From Actinomycetota bacterium (GTDB taxonomy: Bacteria; Actinomycetota; CADDZG01; JAHWKV01), in contig JBPCIX010000077.1 of NCBI GenBank assembly GCA_051005875.1, positions 9,537-73,536 on the forward strand: a stretch of 64,000 bases of DNA. Reading direction: 5' to 3'. Positions within the stretch are counted from its first letter, which is position 1. Each line of letters starts with the position of its first letter. Shown here in pieces: positions 28,883 to 37,902 of the stretch. Below the pieces are notes generated by a model. That model was not told the origin of the DNA, ran no database searches, and saw only the letters and a list, made by a program, of their open reading frames with translations. The position numbers and the translations under genes are program-made.

Positions 28883-29069
28883 TTGGTTAAGTTCTCTTTC
28901 TCGCGGCAAGTCTCCACAAGAGCCCGGCAGCAGCAACGTTCACGACCCCCAGGACCAATCCGTAAATCCGCTGCAGATCGTGATAATCGCGGGTCAGCGC
29001 CCAAAACAATAAGACAAATCCACCCAGGAGAGTCATTCCGGCCAGTACCAATCGAGCGGGTCTGTACAT
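28883..29069 (-). CDS. Small two-TM membrane protein (hypothetical)
   Basis: MYRPARLVLAGMTLLGGFVLLFWAL...GLVLGVVNVAAAGLLW: two hydrophobic helices in 62 aa, immediately downstream of the secreted-protein gene. Confidence 0.4.
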
Positions 29070-29092
29070 CTCTCTCTCCGCCAGATTCGGAA

Positions 29093-30313
29093 CTAAATGC
29101 CGCCGCTGACCCACTGGGAGTCAATATCGAGAACCTTACCGCGGGTATCATGGTAGAGGTCAACTATGTCAGTTGGCCCACCGGCCGACCAGTCATCCAC
29201 GAGGATGTAGTACCAGCGATTATCGTTCGGTACCACGAAAGATCGTCGGTCCTTCGCCGGATCCCACCCGCTGCCGTTCCTCGGCTTAAGCCAAAGGTCG
29301 TAGACACAGTTGCTCGAATTGTAGCTGCTCGGACACCGGTGCATCCCCTCGTATTGAAAGCCAGTGGCACTTCCCGTCGTGAGTCGCGTGTAGCCCTGTT
29401 CTTCGTAAGCCACAGAGTTTGCCACGTACATGGACGTGTAAGCCCAGTTTGGGGAGGGACCTGTCGGGTGTACGCGAAGGTAACAGGCTCCTGCCCCCCC
29501 TGCCCCGCCGGAACAGAGCCACTCCTGGCTGGCCGCACCTGTGTACCAACCCGCTGTCCCGGTCTCAAAGTTAGCGTTATAGACAGTCCATGGCGCATAC
29601 ATGCCGGTCGACTTGTGCGTGCCATACTGAGGATTGAGATCTGGGAACCCCTTGGAGCCATGTTCTGCAGGCACGTAGTTCAACTGCCCATTCGAAAATG
29701 AAGTGGATGGATGTTCACCACCTCCCTGTTGTACGTTGAAGTAAGGACGCTGACTGGGCATGAAGGGCCCTGCACAATTCCACCAGGCTGAGTAGAGCTT
29801 GTTGGGGTTGGCTCGCTGGTCCGCCGCAACTACATCCATGTCTGCAACAAAAAGGACCGCATCATCGTTTGCCTCAGTGAAATCCACATAGGTCGAGACT
29901 GCAGCCGGGAATCCTGCGGTGCCGTTGAAAGGACCGCTACCAAAGAATGAAAAGAGCGTTCGGTTGCAGTCCGCACCCCCGGTTCTTTTCCAACCGACCT
30001 CCAAGGATTCCGCGTTTGATTGACTTTTGTTTTCCCAAGCCGTCAGCGAGTCGGGCATGACATCCAGCTTCCATTGGAAAAAGTAGGCGACGTTGCCCCA
30101 CGACTCGTAGCCCATTTGGGACTCAACATAAGTAGGTGCCCACAAACTGGGACGAGTCCAATAAGGATCATTCACGTTGATGGCACCCGCCGGACTCAGT
30201 GGGGCAAGTACGGCCAGGGTTCCAGTACATATGATTAAGGCCACGAGACGTAACGAGGACGCCCGACGACCAAGAGACGAGGACTTCCGATTAATGCAAG
30301 TCGGTGACGTCAA
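29093..30313 (-). CDS. Secreted hypothetical protein (Sec signal peptide; W/Y/N/G-rich)
   Basis: Signal peptide RRASSLRLVALIICTGTLAVLAPLSPAGA, then an aromatic- and glycine-rich 370-aa domain with no recognisable family. Confidence 0.6.
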   Translation of the reverse strand: MTSPTCINRKSSSLGRRASSLRLVALIICTGTLAVLAPLSPAGAINVNDPYWTRPSLWAPTYVESQMGYESWGNVAYFFQWKLDVMPDSLTAWENKSQSNAESLEVGWKRTGGADCNRTLFSFFGSGPFNGTAGFPAAVSTYVDFTEANDDAVLFVADMDVVAADQRANPNKLYSAWWNCAGPFMPSQRPYFNVQQGGGEHPSTSFSNGQLNYVPAEHGSKGFPDLNPQYGTHKSTGMYAPWTVYNANFETGTAGWYTGAASQEWLCSGGAGGAGACYLRVHPTGPSPNWAYTSMYVANSVAYEEQGYTRLTTGSATGFQYEGMHRCPSSYNSSNCVYDLWLKPRNGSGWDPAKDRRSFVVPNDNRWYYILVDDWSAGGPTDIVDLYHDTRGKVLDIDSQWVSGGI

Positions 30314-31176
30314 GAGCGGGTCCTGTAGCGGAGGCGAAATTCTTCCACTCGATTGGCATCGATCCTGTCTTCCGTCATCTTGAATGGGGACCCTCCGGCC
30401 GACATAATCTCGACAGCTCCGATATCGAAGTCCTTGTTCAGGCCATCGGATATGCGTTTGTAGTCATTTGGTGTCATTGTGAAACCCAGAATTACACCAA
30501 GACGAGGTAGGCTCGCTCTCCCGGCGTCTATTTGGTCCGCCAAGCGCTTTGCTGCGTCTGGATCTTTGCTGGATGCGGGGGTTCCATTTTGCTCCCCACC
30601 AATCGGAGGAGCACCAGCAGATGGAGTCGAGGGTCCGGACCGTTCATTTTTGGCCATAAATTCCATGAAAGAACTAAGCTTTCCTTCGAGATCTTCGTCT
30701 ACTTTGCCAAAGACCTTGAACGGATAGCCGTCGGCCAACTCCAAGTACAGCGTTACTGATGTAGCTTCCAGCGGAATCGATAAAGGCCGCTCATGGTAGA
30801 CATCCAGCGGCATTGGCACTGCCAGCGTGATGACAGCTGTTCCTGACTTAGAAACTTCGTCTGGACTTTTATTCGCAACAACAGCATACCGCGCCACTTG
30901 CTCGTCCAAGGGCAATTTCCCTCTGGCTATTCGCTTAGCTACCAACGCGGCATACAACGTACGGGCGCGTTCCCCGGGATTCTCAGCAGCGGGGGACCCG
31001 CTTAGAACCGGTCTTGGGTGTCGGATCACGCCGGGTGATACATTTGGAGGAAACAGGGTGGAGGAACTTGCAGCGGACGCCACTATGCCAGCCGCAAAAA
31101 CAAGAAACACCTTGACGGCCCACAAGCGACCACAGACGATCCTGGCGAGAAGTTTCCGCAATATCGTCACCGACAC
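30310..31176 (-). CDS. Membrane-anchored/secreted hypothetical protein
   Basis: N-terminal hydrophobic anchor (LWAVKVFLVFAAGIVASAASS). 4-nt overlap with the downstream secreted-protein gene. Confidence 0.55.
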   Translation of the reverse strand: MSVTILRKLLARIVCGRLWAVKVFLVFAAGIVASAASSSTLFPPNVSPGVIRHPRPVLSGSPAAENPGERARTLYAALVAKRIARGKLPLDEQVARYAVVANKSPDEVSKSGTAVITLAVPMPLDVYHERPLSIPLEATSVTLYLELADGYPFKVFGKVDEDLEGKLSSFMEFMAKNERSGPSTPSAGAPPIGGEQNGTPASSKDPDAAKRLADQIDAGRASLPRLGVILGFTMTPNDYKRISDGLNKDFDIGAVEIMSAGGSPFKMTEDRIDANRVEEFRLRYRTRS

Positions 31177-31332
31177 ATATTCCCCCTTAAAGAAGCAGTT
31201 TCCATTCTCCCACTTGCTGGGATGAACCCAGCTTCGCTATCGTATCAGTCCAGACAATTTGAGCAAGTCGCTACCTGACTGGGTAGCAGGGAAGTCCCCA
31301 CCGATCCATCACTGCAACTGAACCGCATCTTC

Positions 31333-31366
31333 AACTCATAATTAAATAATCCTTTAGTTATGAGTT
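31333..31366. repeat. Right copy of directly repeated dif-like recombination core site
   Basis: aactcATAATTAAA-TAATCC-TTTAGTTATgagtt: 9-bp arms (8/9 match to the left copy's consensus ATAACTAAA) around a 6-bp spacer. Confidence 0.5.
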
Positions 31367-31403
31367 AAGGGCAAGGATCTCCGATCAAGCTCATCCGCAC
31401 GCG

Positions 31404-32036
31404 TTATGTGCCTAGGCCCCTCCAGCGAGCGTCGGTTCCCATCAGGTTGCTCTCCTTCATCTCCTGCACGGCCCTGTACAGGCGGGATTCCAGCTTGGCC
31501 TGGCTGTTGCGGCGTCTGGTGTGACGAACAATGAGTACGCCGGTGCCCGCCAGCACCGCTAGAGCGAGCCCCCCAATCGCCCACAAAGCCCCCGTAAGGC
31601 TCACCGGGGACAATCCTCCGCCGAGGGGCTCGAACTTGGGTGGTGTCACTTTGGTCACCGAAGGCACTGAAGGACTCGGCTCGGGCAGGACCGGCTCGAC
31701 CGGCGGTGGCGCTTCGGTGGCTTCTGGACTCGGTGTCGCCGAAGGCTTCAGGGTCTTTTTGGGCGTGGGCTTAACGCTAGGCGAGGGAGCGGCCGGCGGC
31801 GGAGGCGGGGGCGGCTGAGACGCCTGCGTGGGCGAAGGCGAGGGAGAAGGCGAAGGCGAGGGAGAAGGCGATGGCGATGGCGATGGTGGGGGCGAAGGCG
31901 AGGGGGGACAGGGGGGGAACCCGAGAACGCCGCAGACGACCTGCGCTCTACCGGGACTCGGCGTCACGCAAAGAAACGCAACTGCAAGCATCAGGCCAAG
32001 CAGAACGGGGCGCCCACCGAAACCTCGCATGGTCAT
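31404..32036 (-). CDS. Pro/Ser-rich cell-surface protein with signal peptide and C-terminal TM anchor
   Basis: MTMRGFGGRPVLLGLMLAVAFL signal, (SP)n and P-rich low-complexity region, C-terminal LALAVLAGTGVLIV anchor then RHTRRR. ATG at 32036 overlaps the ppm1 stop (ATGA). Confidence 0.6.
   Translation of the reverse strand: MTMRGFGGRPVLLGLMLAVAFLCVTPSPGRAQVVCGVLGFPPCPPSPSPPPSPSPSPSPSPSPSPSPSPTQASQPPPPPPPAAPSPSVKPTPKKTLKPSATPSPEATEAPPPVEPVLPEPSPSVPSVTKVTPPKFEPLGGGLSPVSLTGALWAIGGLALAVLAGTGVLIVRHTRRRNSQAKLESRLYRAVQEMKESNLMGTDARWRGLGT
31831..31910. repeat. Low-complexity GGCGAAGGCGAGGGAGAA-type tandem repeat encoding (SP)n
   Basis: ggcgaaggcgagggagaa repeated with ggcgatggcgatggcgatgg variants; coding (minus strand) for SPSPSPSP. 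Confidence 0.7.
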
Positions 32037-32770
32037 CGGCGGCCCTTGTTCTTGAGGCGATCCCTGATGCCCCACCTTGTAATCGAAGTGATCGCTTCGA
32101 CCACTACGGCCTTTGACATCTTAGATTCTCCCGCCGTTCTCTCTCGAAATACTATGGGCACCTCTTTAATGCTATGGCCTAGCAGCCAGGTTTTGTAGGT
32201 CATTTCGATTTGAAATGCATAACCTTGCGACTGAACCCGGTCGAGTCCGATCGCTTTTAGCACCTCCGCTCGGTAGCATCGGAATCCACTGGTGGAATCT
32301 TGAACTTTGTAACCCAGCATCCGCCTCGCGTATAGATTCCCCGCTTGCGAAAGCAGATGGCGCCCCTTGGACCATCCCACGACCCGGCCCCCAGAAATAT
32401 AACGAGACCCGATTACCAATCCACAAGTGTGCGCCCCTTCGATCAGTTCGGGCAACGAAGCCGGGTCATGCGACAGGTCGGCATCCATCTCGATGAAGTG
32501 GGTGAATCCCCTCTCGAGTCCCCAGCCAAAACCATCCACATAGGCTTTTCCGAGGCCTCCCTTGACCTCGCGAGCCAGCAGATTAATCCTTGAACCCGTC
32601 ATTCGTCGCTGAGCGATTTCCAGCGTCCCATCGGTGGAACCGTCGTCGACCACGAGCACGGAAACGTTAGTCGCAATTCCCATCACAGCGTCGAGGAGAG
32701 AATCTAAATGCGCGGCCTCGTCGTAAGTTGGAATAACGACCAGGACGCGGCCCCCCGGCGCGTCGCTCAA
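32033..32770 (-). CDS. ppm1: Polyprenol-monophosphomannose synthase (GT2, Ppm1/DPM1-like)
   Basis: VVIPTYDEAAHL...VVDDGSTDGT...MDADLSHDP GT2 motifs with Ppm1-like length. Confidence 0.85.
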   Translation of the reverse strand: MSDAPGGRVLVVIPTYDEAAHLDSLLDAVMGIATNVSVLVVDDGSTDGTLEIAQRRMTGSRINLLAREVKGGLGKAYVDGFGWGLERGFTHFIEMDADLSHDPASLPELIEGAHTCGLVIGSRYISGGRVVGWSKGRHLLSQAGNLYARRMLGYKVQDSTSGFRCYRAEVLKAIGLDRVQSQGYAFQIEMTYKTWLLGHSIKEVPIVFRERTAGESKMSKAVVVEAITSITRWGIRDRLKNKGRR

Positions 32771-32800
32771 GTTATTTTCAAGGCTCGAAAAGTGTTCCGT

Positions 32801-33100
32801 TTATACGCAGTCCCTACACAGAGTGCGTTTACGGTCGGCAAGCTGGCTGTTGTTCTTTACCAAATGGCACGAAGCGCAAACAAATTCGTTTGCCTGCTTG
32901 GGTATAGCCCGTATCGAGAGCGACTCAAGGCGCTCCTCTCGGCTGAGATCAAGCATTGACTCATCATCGTCTTCAGCATCTACGATATCGGGAGTCTTGG
33001 CAACGATTTCGTCGAGACTTGTCTCGACTTCATCAGTCTCAACTGGGTCTTCGTCGTCTTCGGCACCCGCAGCTTCTTCGGGCTCTTCAAGCTCTTTCAA
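32801..33100 (-). CDS. DUF4193-family protein
   Basis: Acidic N-terminus plus C-terminal FVCASCHLVKN...LCRDCV zinc-ribbon, characteristic of the actinobacterial DUF4193. Confidence 0.72.
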   Translation of the reverse strand: MKELEEPEEAAGAEDDEDPVETDEVETSLDEIVAKTPDIVDAEDDDESMLDLSREERLESLSIRAIPKQANEFVCASCHLVKNNSQLADRKRTLCRDCV

Positions 33101-33274
33101 CGTTCACCCTTTCATCGCAATCAAATCCAAATCGAAAATGGGATTATGCGCCATTCGTGCAAATGTGCAAACGGAATCGCCAGAATTTTCTTGAAGGAGG
33201 CGTAAATCGATTGACTCTTCGCCTGGTTACGGTCAACATTGGGCATGGTCGCCGAAGCTACTCCCCTTCCACCG

Positions 33275-33874
33275 ATGAAGGATCGCATTGTCGAAGCAGC
33301 CTTCGAAACGCTCAAGGAGGAAGGGTTCGCTGGAACAAGCGCCAGGGCGATTGCCCGGCGCGGAAGCTTCAATCAGGCTCTCATTTTCTATCATTTCGGA
33401 ACTCTCAACGATCTTTTGCTGGCCGCCTTAGACAAGACCAGCGCCGACCGAATGGCCGGGTACCGCGAGGCCATCCAAAGCAGCAAGTCCATCGACGCCA
33501 GGATTGACGTTGCGACCCGGCTTTACCGAGAGGATCTGAGTTCGGGGCGAATCACGGTCATCTCGGAATTAGTGGCCGGCAGCCTTGCGAGACCGGATCT
33601 TGCTCCTGAAGTCGTCCAACGCATGGAACCCTGGATTGATTTCACTGAGGAAGTGCTCGAAGAAGTGCTGACTGGTTCGCCCTTTCAAGGGCTCATCCCT
33701 CCCCGCACCCTGGCCTTCGCGGTCGTGGCTCTTTACCTTGGAGTCGACCTGCTCTCGCACCTTGATCAAGACAACTCCAGAGCCGAGGCTTTGTTTCAAC
33801 TGGCGGCGGTTGTAGGACCCTTAATCGCTCCCATATTGACGCCGGATTATTCGAACGAAATGACTTCCGATTGA
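33275..33874 (+). CDS. TetR-family transcriptional regulator
   Basis: IVEAAFETLKEEGFAGTSARAIARRGSFNQALIFYHFG HTH_TetR. Confidence 0.8.
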   Translation: MKDRIVEAAFETLKEEGFAGTSARAIARRGSFNQALIFYHFGTLNDLLLAALDKTSADRMAGYREAIQSSKSIDARIDVATRLYREDLSSGRITVISELVAGSLARPDLAPEVVQRMEPWIDFTEEVLEEVLTGSPFQGLIPPRTLAFAVVALYLGVDLLSHLDQDNSRAEALFQLAAVVGPLIAPILTPDYSNEMTSD

Positions 33875-33917
33875 CTACCTACCCGATTGATATCCCCCTG
33901 CGTGGCAGAGTTGCTCA

Positions 33918-34214
33918 TCAGAAAAGCAGGCTTACGAAACCACGAGCCACGGTAAAAGCGCCGATGATAAGCAGGGCCAGCGCCAACAACAAAATTGGTC
34001 CCACCCACCAATCGCTCGCCCGCTCCAGGGGTTTTTTGCCGGCTGCATCCAAGTAGATAGCCATAGCGGAACCATGTTGATCCCGAAGGTAAACATGATC
34101 GGCCGTTCCCCCTTCGACGTCTGAAGCCGCTAGAAACAGTTCGGTAAGCTCTTTTCGAGTCAACCTAACCGTGATCTCGTCGATAACACGGTCGCGCGAG
34201 TCCTTTATTTCCAC
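33918..34214 (-). CDS. Hypothetical protein with C-terminal TM anchor
   Basis: 98-aa ORF with C-terminal WWVGPILLLALALLIIGAFTV hydrophobic segment. Confidence 0.45.
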   Translation of the reverse strand: MEIKDSRDRVIDEITVRLTRKELTELFLAASDVEGGTADHVYLRDQHGSAMAIYLDAAGKKPLERASDWWVGPILLLALALLIIGAFTVARGFVSLLF

Positions 34215-34248
34215 GACCCCAGCCTAGTGCACTACCAACTGGTGGGCC

Positions 34249-35163
34249 TTAAATCTTCAGACGAAAGGCGTTGGGTATTATCTCGAACTCGGCGGGGGTA
34301 AACCCGAGAAATTTTCCATCTGCTTGAATTTCCAATGGCGCCTCGGAGGAGACCTCAACCTTGGCAGCGAGATACTCCTTGATCGAACTCGTTGGAACGT
34401 GGCCTCCCTTTTGAGCTTTGCTGAGAGCCGCAACATAGTCGCGCTTGGTCCCTTTCATTATTAATGCGTCAAACCTTCCGTCGGCAGGATGGGCCCTTGG
34501 AGCCATCCTCATTCCGGTGCGAAAAAACTGCCCGTTGGCAACAATCAGATTGCAGAGTCTGCCTTCGTAAAGACGGTCATCCAAAGCTATTCGCGTGGGC
34601 CCCGGTCGAAACATCGTGAGAGTCGCCCAAAAACCCAGCAGCTCTGCCCCCCTGCCCATAAACCCGGGCAATCGCCCCGCTCGCCGCTGGGTGGCGCCCC
34701 CGAAGCCGATTTCGGCCAAATTCACAAAACAACATGTCTTGCGATCGCCATTGCCCGCGAAACTTATCCGCCCGGCATCGACTCCGAAGTAGGGTTCGCC
34801 TGCCAGGTGGGTCACAGCATCCGCCGGATCTGTCGGCAGTCCGAATGTTTTGGAGTAGTCACTGCCGGAGGCCCCTGGGATTATCGCAAGAAGAAAGTCG
34901 GAACCCGGCCTGGGATCGGCGCCCAGCATGCCATTGACGACCTCATGAATAAGTCGGTCATTGCCCGCGGCAACTAGATACCGGCCTTGTTGAGCGGCGT
35001 CGATTGCCAGACGAGCGGCGTGTTCTAGGTTCGAGGCGACATGCAGCTCGTAATCGATGCCGGTGGAGCTGAGCAGGTCAGTCAGTGTTTCACCGTTTGG
35101 ACCTCGCGGCTCATTTCGGCGCAGCGTGATCACGCTCGGGGTGCCGTAAGGCGACGACGCCAC
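34249..35163 (-). CDS. Diacylglycerol-kinase-family lipid kinase (DAGK_cat, YegS-like)
   Basis: VAAGNDRLIHEVVNGM (degenerate GGDGT...NG motif) and overall YegS-like length and organisation. Confidence 0.7.
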   Translation of the reverse strand: MASSPYGTPSVITLRRNEPRGPNGETLTDLLSSTGIDYELHVASNLEHAARLAIDAAQQGRYLVAAGNDRLIHEVVNGMLGADPRPGSDFLLAIIPGASGSDYSKTFGLPTDPADAVTHLAGEPYFGVDAGRISFAGNGDRKTCCFVNLAEIGFGGATQRRAGRLPGFMGRGAELLGFWATLTMFRPGPTRIALDDRLYEGRLCNLIVANGQFFRTGMRMAPRAHPADGRFDALIMKGTKRDYVAALSKAQKGGHVPTSSIKEYLAAKVEVSSEAPLEIQADGKFLGFTPAEFEIIPNAFRLKI

Positions 35164-37829
35164 TACAGAAGTCCTGTATAGGCCACTACGCCTCGGTTCA
35201 TTCCGTCGATTGCCAGGCCCAGATCCTTTGACAGATCCTGGTCTTCCTCCGCTCCTTTGATCTGTCGAAGCAGGTCGATAGTTTGCTTGCTTGACCGAAT
35301 GAAATCACCCGGCGGGGAGTCTTCGTCAACAAGATTTTCAAGCGGTTCGCCGCGGCACCATCGGTAGGCGTAATCAGCGAAACCAGCTTCGATCCCCCTG
35401 GTCATTTCAAGCCCTTCGGCGGCTTCGCTCGCCCTTACGCGCTCCCCCAGCCGGACAACCCTTCCGTAAACGCGCTTGCAGGCAGAGGTCGGCAGCGTGC
35501 CGACTACCTCAAAAGGGCCCCTGCTTTGAAACACAAAGGTCGAGGCCACCGCAGCAAGCTCTGCTGGGTTAAGCCCCGCCAGAAACCCCTTGTTCAAAAC
35601 CTCTGCAACCAGCAAATCGTTTTCGTTGTAGATCCTGGCCAGGCGCCACCCCTTGGAGGTCAGGTTGAAGTCATCGACGTACCCATACTCGGCAAGGACT
35701 CGAAGGATTTTTTCGAACCGGCGGGACAGAGTCTCAGTCCTGGCTCTCACCTTTTTCTTGAGTCCGGAGTTCTCGCGATCCAACCGGACCGCTCGCTCCG
35801 CCCACTGAGCGTGTCTTTCACGATCAGGGCAGGGGTGACAGGGGTGCCCCAGCACGGCTGCTCTTAAAGCCATCGCCTCGCTTTCCTGGGGGGACTGTTC
35901 AGAGGCGATTGAGTTGCCACCGAGATCCATCTGATCAAGAGCCTGCGCCAACCTGCGCCGGGACTGCCCGTCCAGTCTCGGCTTGCCGTGGCTTGCCAAT
36001 TCTTCAGCTTTGAGAGCGGACTCTAGGTTCCCGGCGATTGTTGGTGGTTGGGCGAAGTCATTCAAACCCAGCCTTGCGAACCTCCGATTGGCAGTCAATG
36101 CAAGAATGAGCGGATCTCCGCGCTTCGAGTGCTGGGCGCCTACCACGACGATGGGGCCCTGCAGTTTGCCGGAAGTAACCAACAGCACGTGGCCAGGTTT
36201 CACGCCAGATAGAACCTTGCGGGTCGTCTGACGATCCGCTACCGTGCCTGCAGCGAAAACACGCTTTTCGAAGTCGCGCGACTTGTCGTGGAGCTTCCAA
36301 TAAGCGCTGAAGTCCCCCATATCGCAATCCATTTTCTCGCGGTATGAGGCCACGTATGCGCTATTGCGCTCGATCAACTGCTCTAGGACAACAACGTCCT
36401 TGTCGGCACGGTATTGCGCAAAAGATGAATTCAACAGGTGATCGGCTTGCGCCCTCGAATAGTTCCTCACCAGGTTGGTGGCCATGTTGTAAGAGGGCTG
36501 AAAGGACGACATTAACGGATTTGTTCGCGCCCCGGCCAGGGCGGCAATCTGGCTGAACGGTATCTCGCGCTGTTCGGGGACCACCGCGTGGCCCCTCGAA
36601 TCGATGCCGCGGCGGCCGGCGCGCCCGGTAAGCTGGGTAAACTGGCCCGCCGTCAATATCTCATGCCGTTCGCCGTTGAACTTGTTCAGACTCTCGATCA
36701 CGACCGTCCTGGCTGGCATGTTGATGCCAAGAGAGAGAGTCTCGGTGGCAAAAGTAACCTTTACTAGACCGGCTTGAAACAATTCTTCGACAGCCTCCTT
36801 GAAGGCTGGTATGAGCCCGGCGTGATGAGCCGCAAAGCCGGCTGCCAGAGCCTCAATCCATTCCGAATATCCGAGAACCTCGAGGTCGGCAGGGTCCAGA
36901 TACTCGCACCTCAACCGGGCATGTTCCCGGATATGGGCGCGCTCCGCCCCGTCGGTCAACACCAGGCCTTCCCGCATGCACGAACCCACGGCGGCATTGC
37001 ACCCCTTCCGAGAAAAGATGAAGTAAATGGCAGGGAGCATTTGTTGTTCCGCCAATAGCTCGATGACATCGCTTCGGTGCGGGAATCGCGGCCTCTGGGG
37101 TTGCCTGCCCTGCTTGGAACGACCTCGCCGTGCCCGAGACCTGTAGCTATCGGATTCCAGGCGGGCTACCTGGGGATTTGGAGCCAGCGCAGACTCCTCG
37201 CCCACGAACATCGGGTACATGACTCCTGCGAGCAGATAATGAGGCTCAAGTTGAACGGGCCGGATCTGCTCAATGACGGCCGTCGTGGGACCTCTCAGGG
37301 TCTGGATCCAGTCTGAGAACTCATCCGCGTTTGAAACCGTTGCAGACAGAGACACAATCTTCACATCGAGCGGCAAGTGAATGATGACTTCCTCCCATAC
37401 GGCCCCTCGGTACTGGTCCTGAAGGTAATGGACTTCGTCAAGCACTACGTAGCCGAGATCCTTCAACAGATCGGATCGCTCATAAATCATGTTCCGCAAA
37501 ACCTCGGTGGTCATAACCACAATCGTTGCTTCCGGGTTTATTGAATTGTCGCCGGTCAAAAGACCCACGTTGTCTGGTCCGTGGAGCGCTGACAGGTCTG
37601 CGAATTTCTGGTTTGAAAGTGCCTTTAGCGGAGTCGTGTAAAAAGCCTTTTTGTCCTCCTCGAGCGCCATCCAAACCGCGAATTCCCCAATGACAGTCTT
37701 TCCGGAACCGGTGGGCGCCGCCACAAGCACCGATTCGCCCCGAACAAGAGCTTCCAGGGCCTCCACTTGAAATGGATCGAAAGCAAAGCTGTATCGGGAA
37801 GAAAACTCTTCGATCACATGTGCGCTCAT
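35163..37829 (-). CDS. helY: ATP-dependent RNA helicase HelY (Ski2-like DExH helicase)
   Basis: AAPTGSGKT (motif I), DEVH, SAT, QLTGRAGRRG, plus C-terminal arch and DSHCT-like region. ATG at 37829; the track extension to 38042 is spurious. Confidence 0.9.
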   Translation of the reverse strand: MSAHVIEEFSSRYSFAFDPFQVEALEALVRGESVLVAAPTGSGKTVIGEFAVWMALEEDKKAFYTTPLKALSNQKFADLSALHGPDNVGLLTGDNSINPEATIVVMTTEVLRNMIYERSDLLKDLGYVVLDEVHYLQDQYRGAVWEEVIIHLPLDVKIVSLSATVSNADEFSDWIQTLRGPTTAVIEQIRPVQLEPHYLLAGVMYPMFVGEESALAPNPQVARLESDSYRSRARRGRSKQGRQPQRPRFPHRSDVIELLAEQQMLPAIYFIFSRKGCNAAVGSCMREGLVLTDGAERAHIREHARLRCEYLDPADLEVLGYSEWIEALAAGFAAHHAGLIPAFKEAVEELFQAGLVKVTFATETLSLGINMPARTVVIESLNKFNGERHEILTAGQFTQLTGRAGRRGIDSRGHAVVPEQREIPFSQIAALAGARTNPLMSSFQPSYNMATNLVRNYSRAQADHLLNSSFAQYRADKDVVVLEQLIERNSAYVASYREKMDCDMGDFSAYWKLHDKSRDFEKRVFAAGTVADRQTTRKVLSGVKPGHVLLVTSGKLQGPIVVVGAQHSKRGDPLILALTANRRFARLGLNDFAQPPTIAGNLESALKAEELASHGKPRLDGQSRRRLAQALDQMDLGGNSIASEQSPQESEAMALRAAVLGHPCHPCPDRERHAQWAERAVRLDRENSGLKKKVRARTETLSRRFEKILRVLAEYGYVDDFNLTSKGWRLARIYNENDLLVAEVLNKGFLAGLNPAELAAVASTFVFQSRGPFEVVGTLPTSACKRVYGRVVRLGERVRASEAAEGLEMTRGIEAGFADYAYRWCRGEPLENLVDEDSPPGDFIRSSKQTIDLLRQIKGAEEDQDLSKDLGLAIDGMNRGVVAYTGLL

Positions 37830-37902
37830 GTCGCTTCCAATTGTGCCGTCAAAGCCTTGCCCCGATGGCGCGGGGCCACGAAATACTAGCGGCGACGAGC
37901 CA

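Larger units (their letters stand above)
28796..31366. mobile_element. Putative excisable cassette: about 2.5 kb lower-GC segment bounded by directly repeated dif-like core sites, adjacent to a tyrosine recombinase
   Basis: Two about 33-bp sites (28796-28827, 31333-31366) share about 28/34 identity and the same arm-spacer-arm architecture in direct orientation. The interior is visibly lower in GC than its flanks and carries three co-directional genes encoding secreted or membrane proteins of unknown function. Confidence 0.4.

Noticed and set aside
27767-31366. Integron (intI plus attC cassettes) interpretation of the recombinase and cassette
   Set aside because: The recombinase ends like XerC/D, without the IntI-specific additional domain. 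The sites do not match attC R''/R' cores (RYYYAAC/GTTRRRY) well. There is a single multi-gene cassette rather than an array. The cargo genes are on the same strand as the recombinase rather than divergent.
33141-33274. TTGAC-n17-GTCAA inverted repeat upstream of tetR as an operator
   Set aside because: The arms are only 5 bp, and the same motif doubles as a plausible -35 box, so there is not enough evidence to call an operator.
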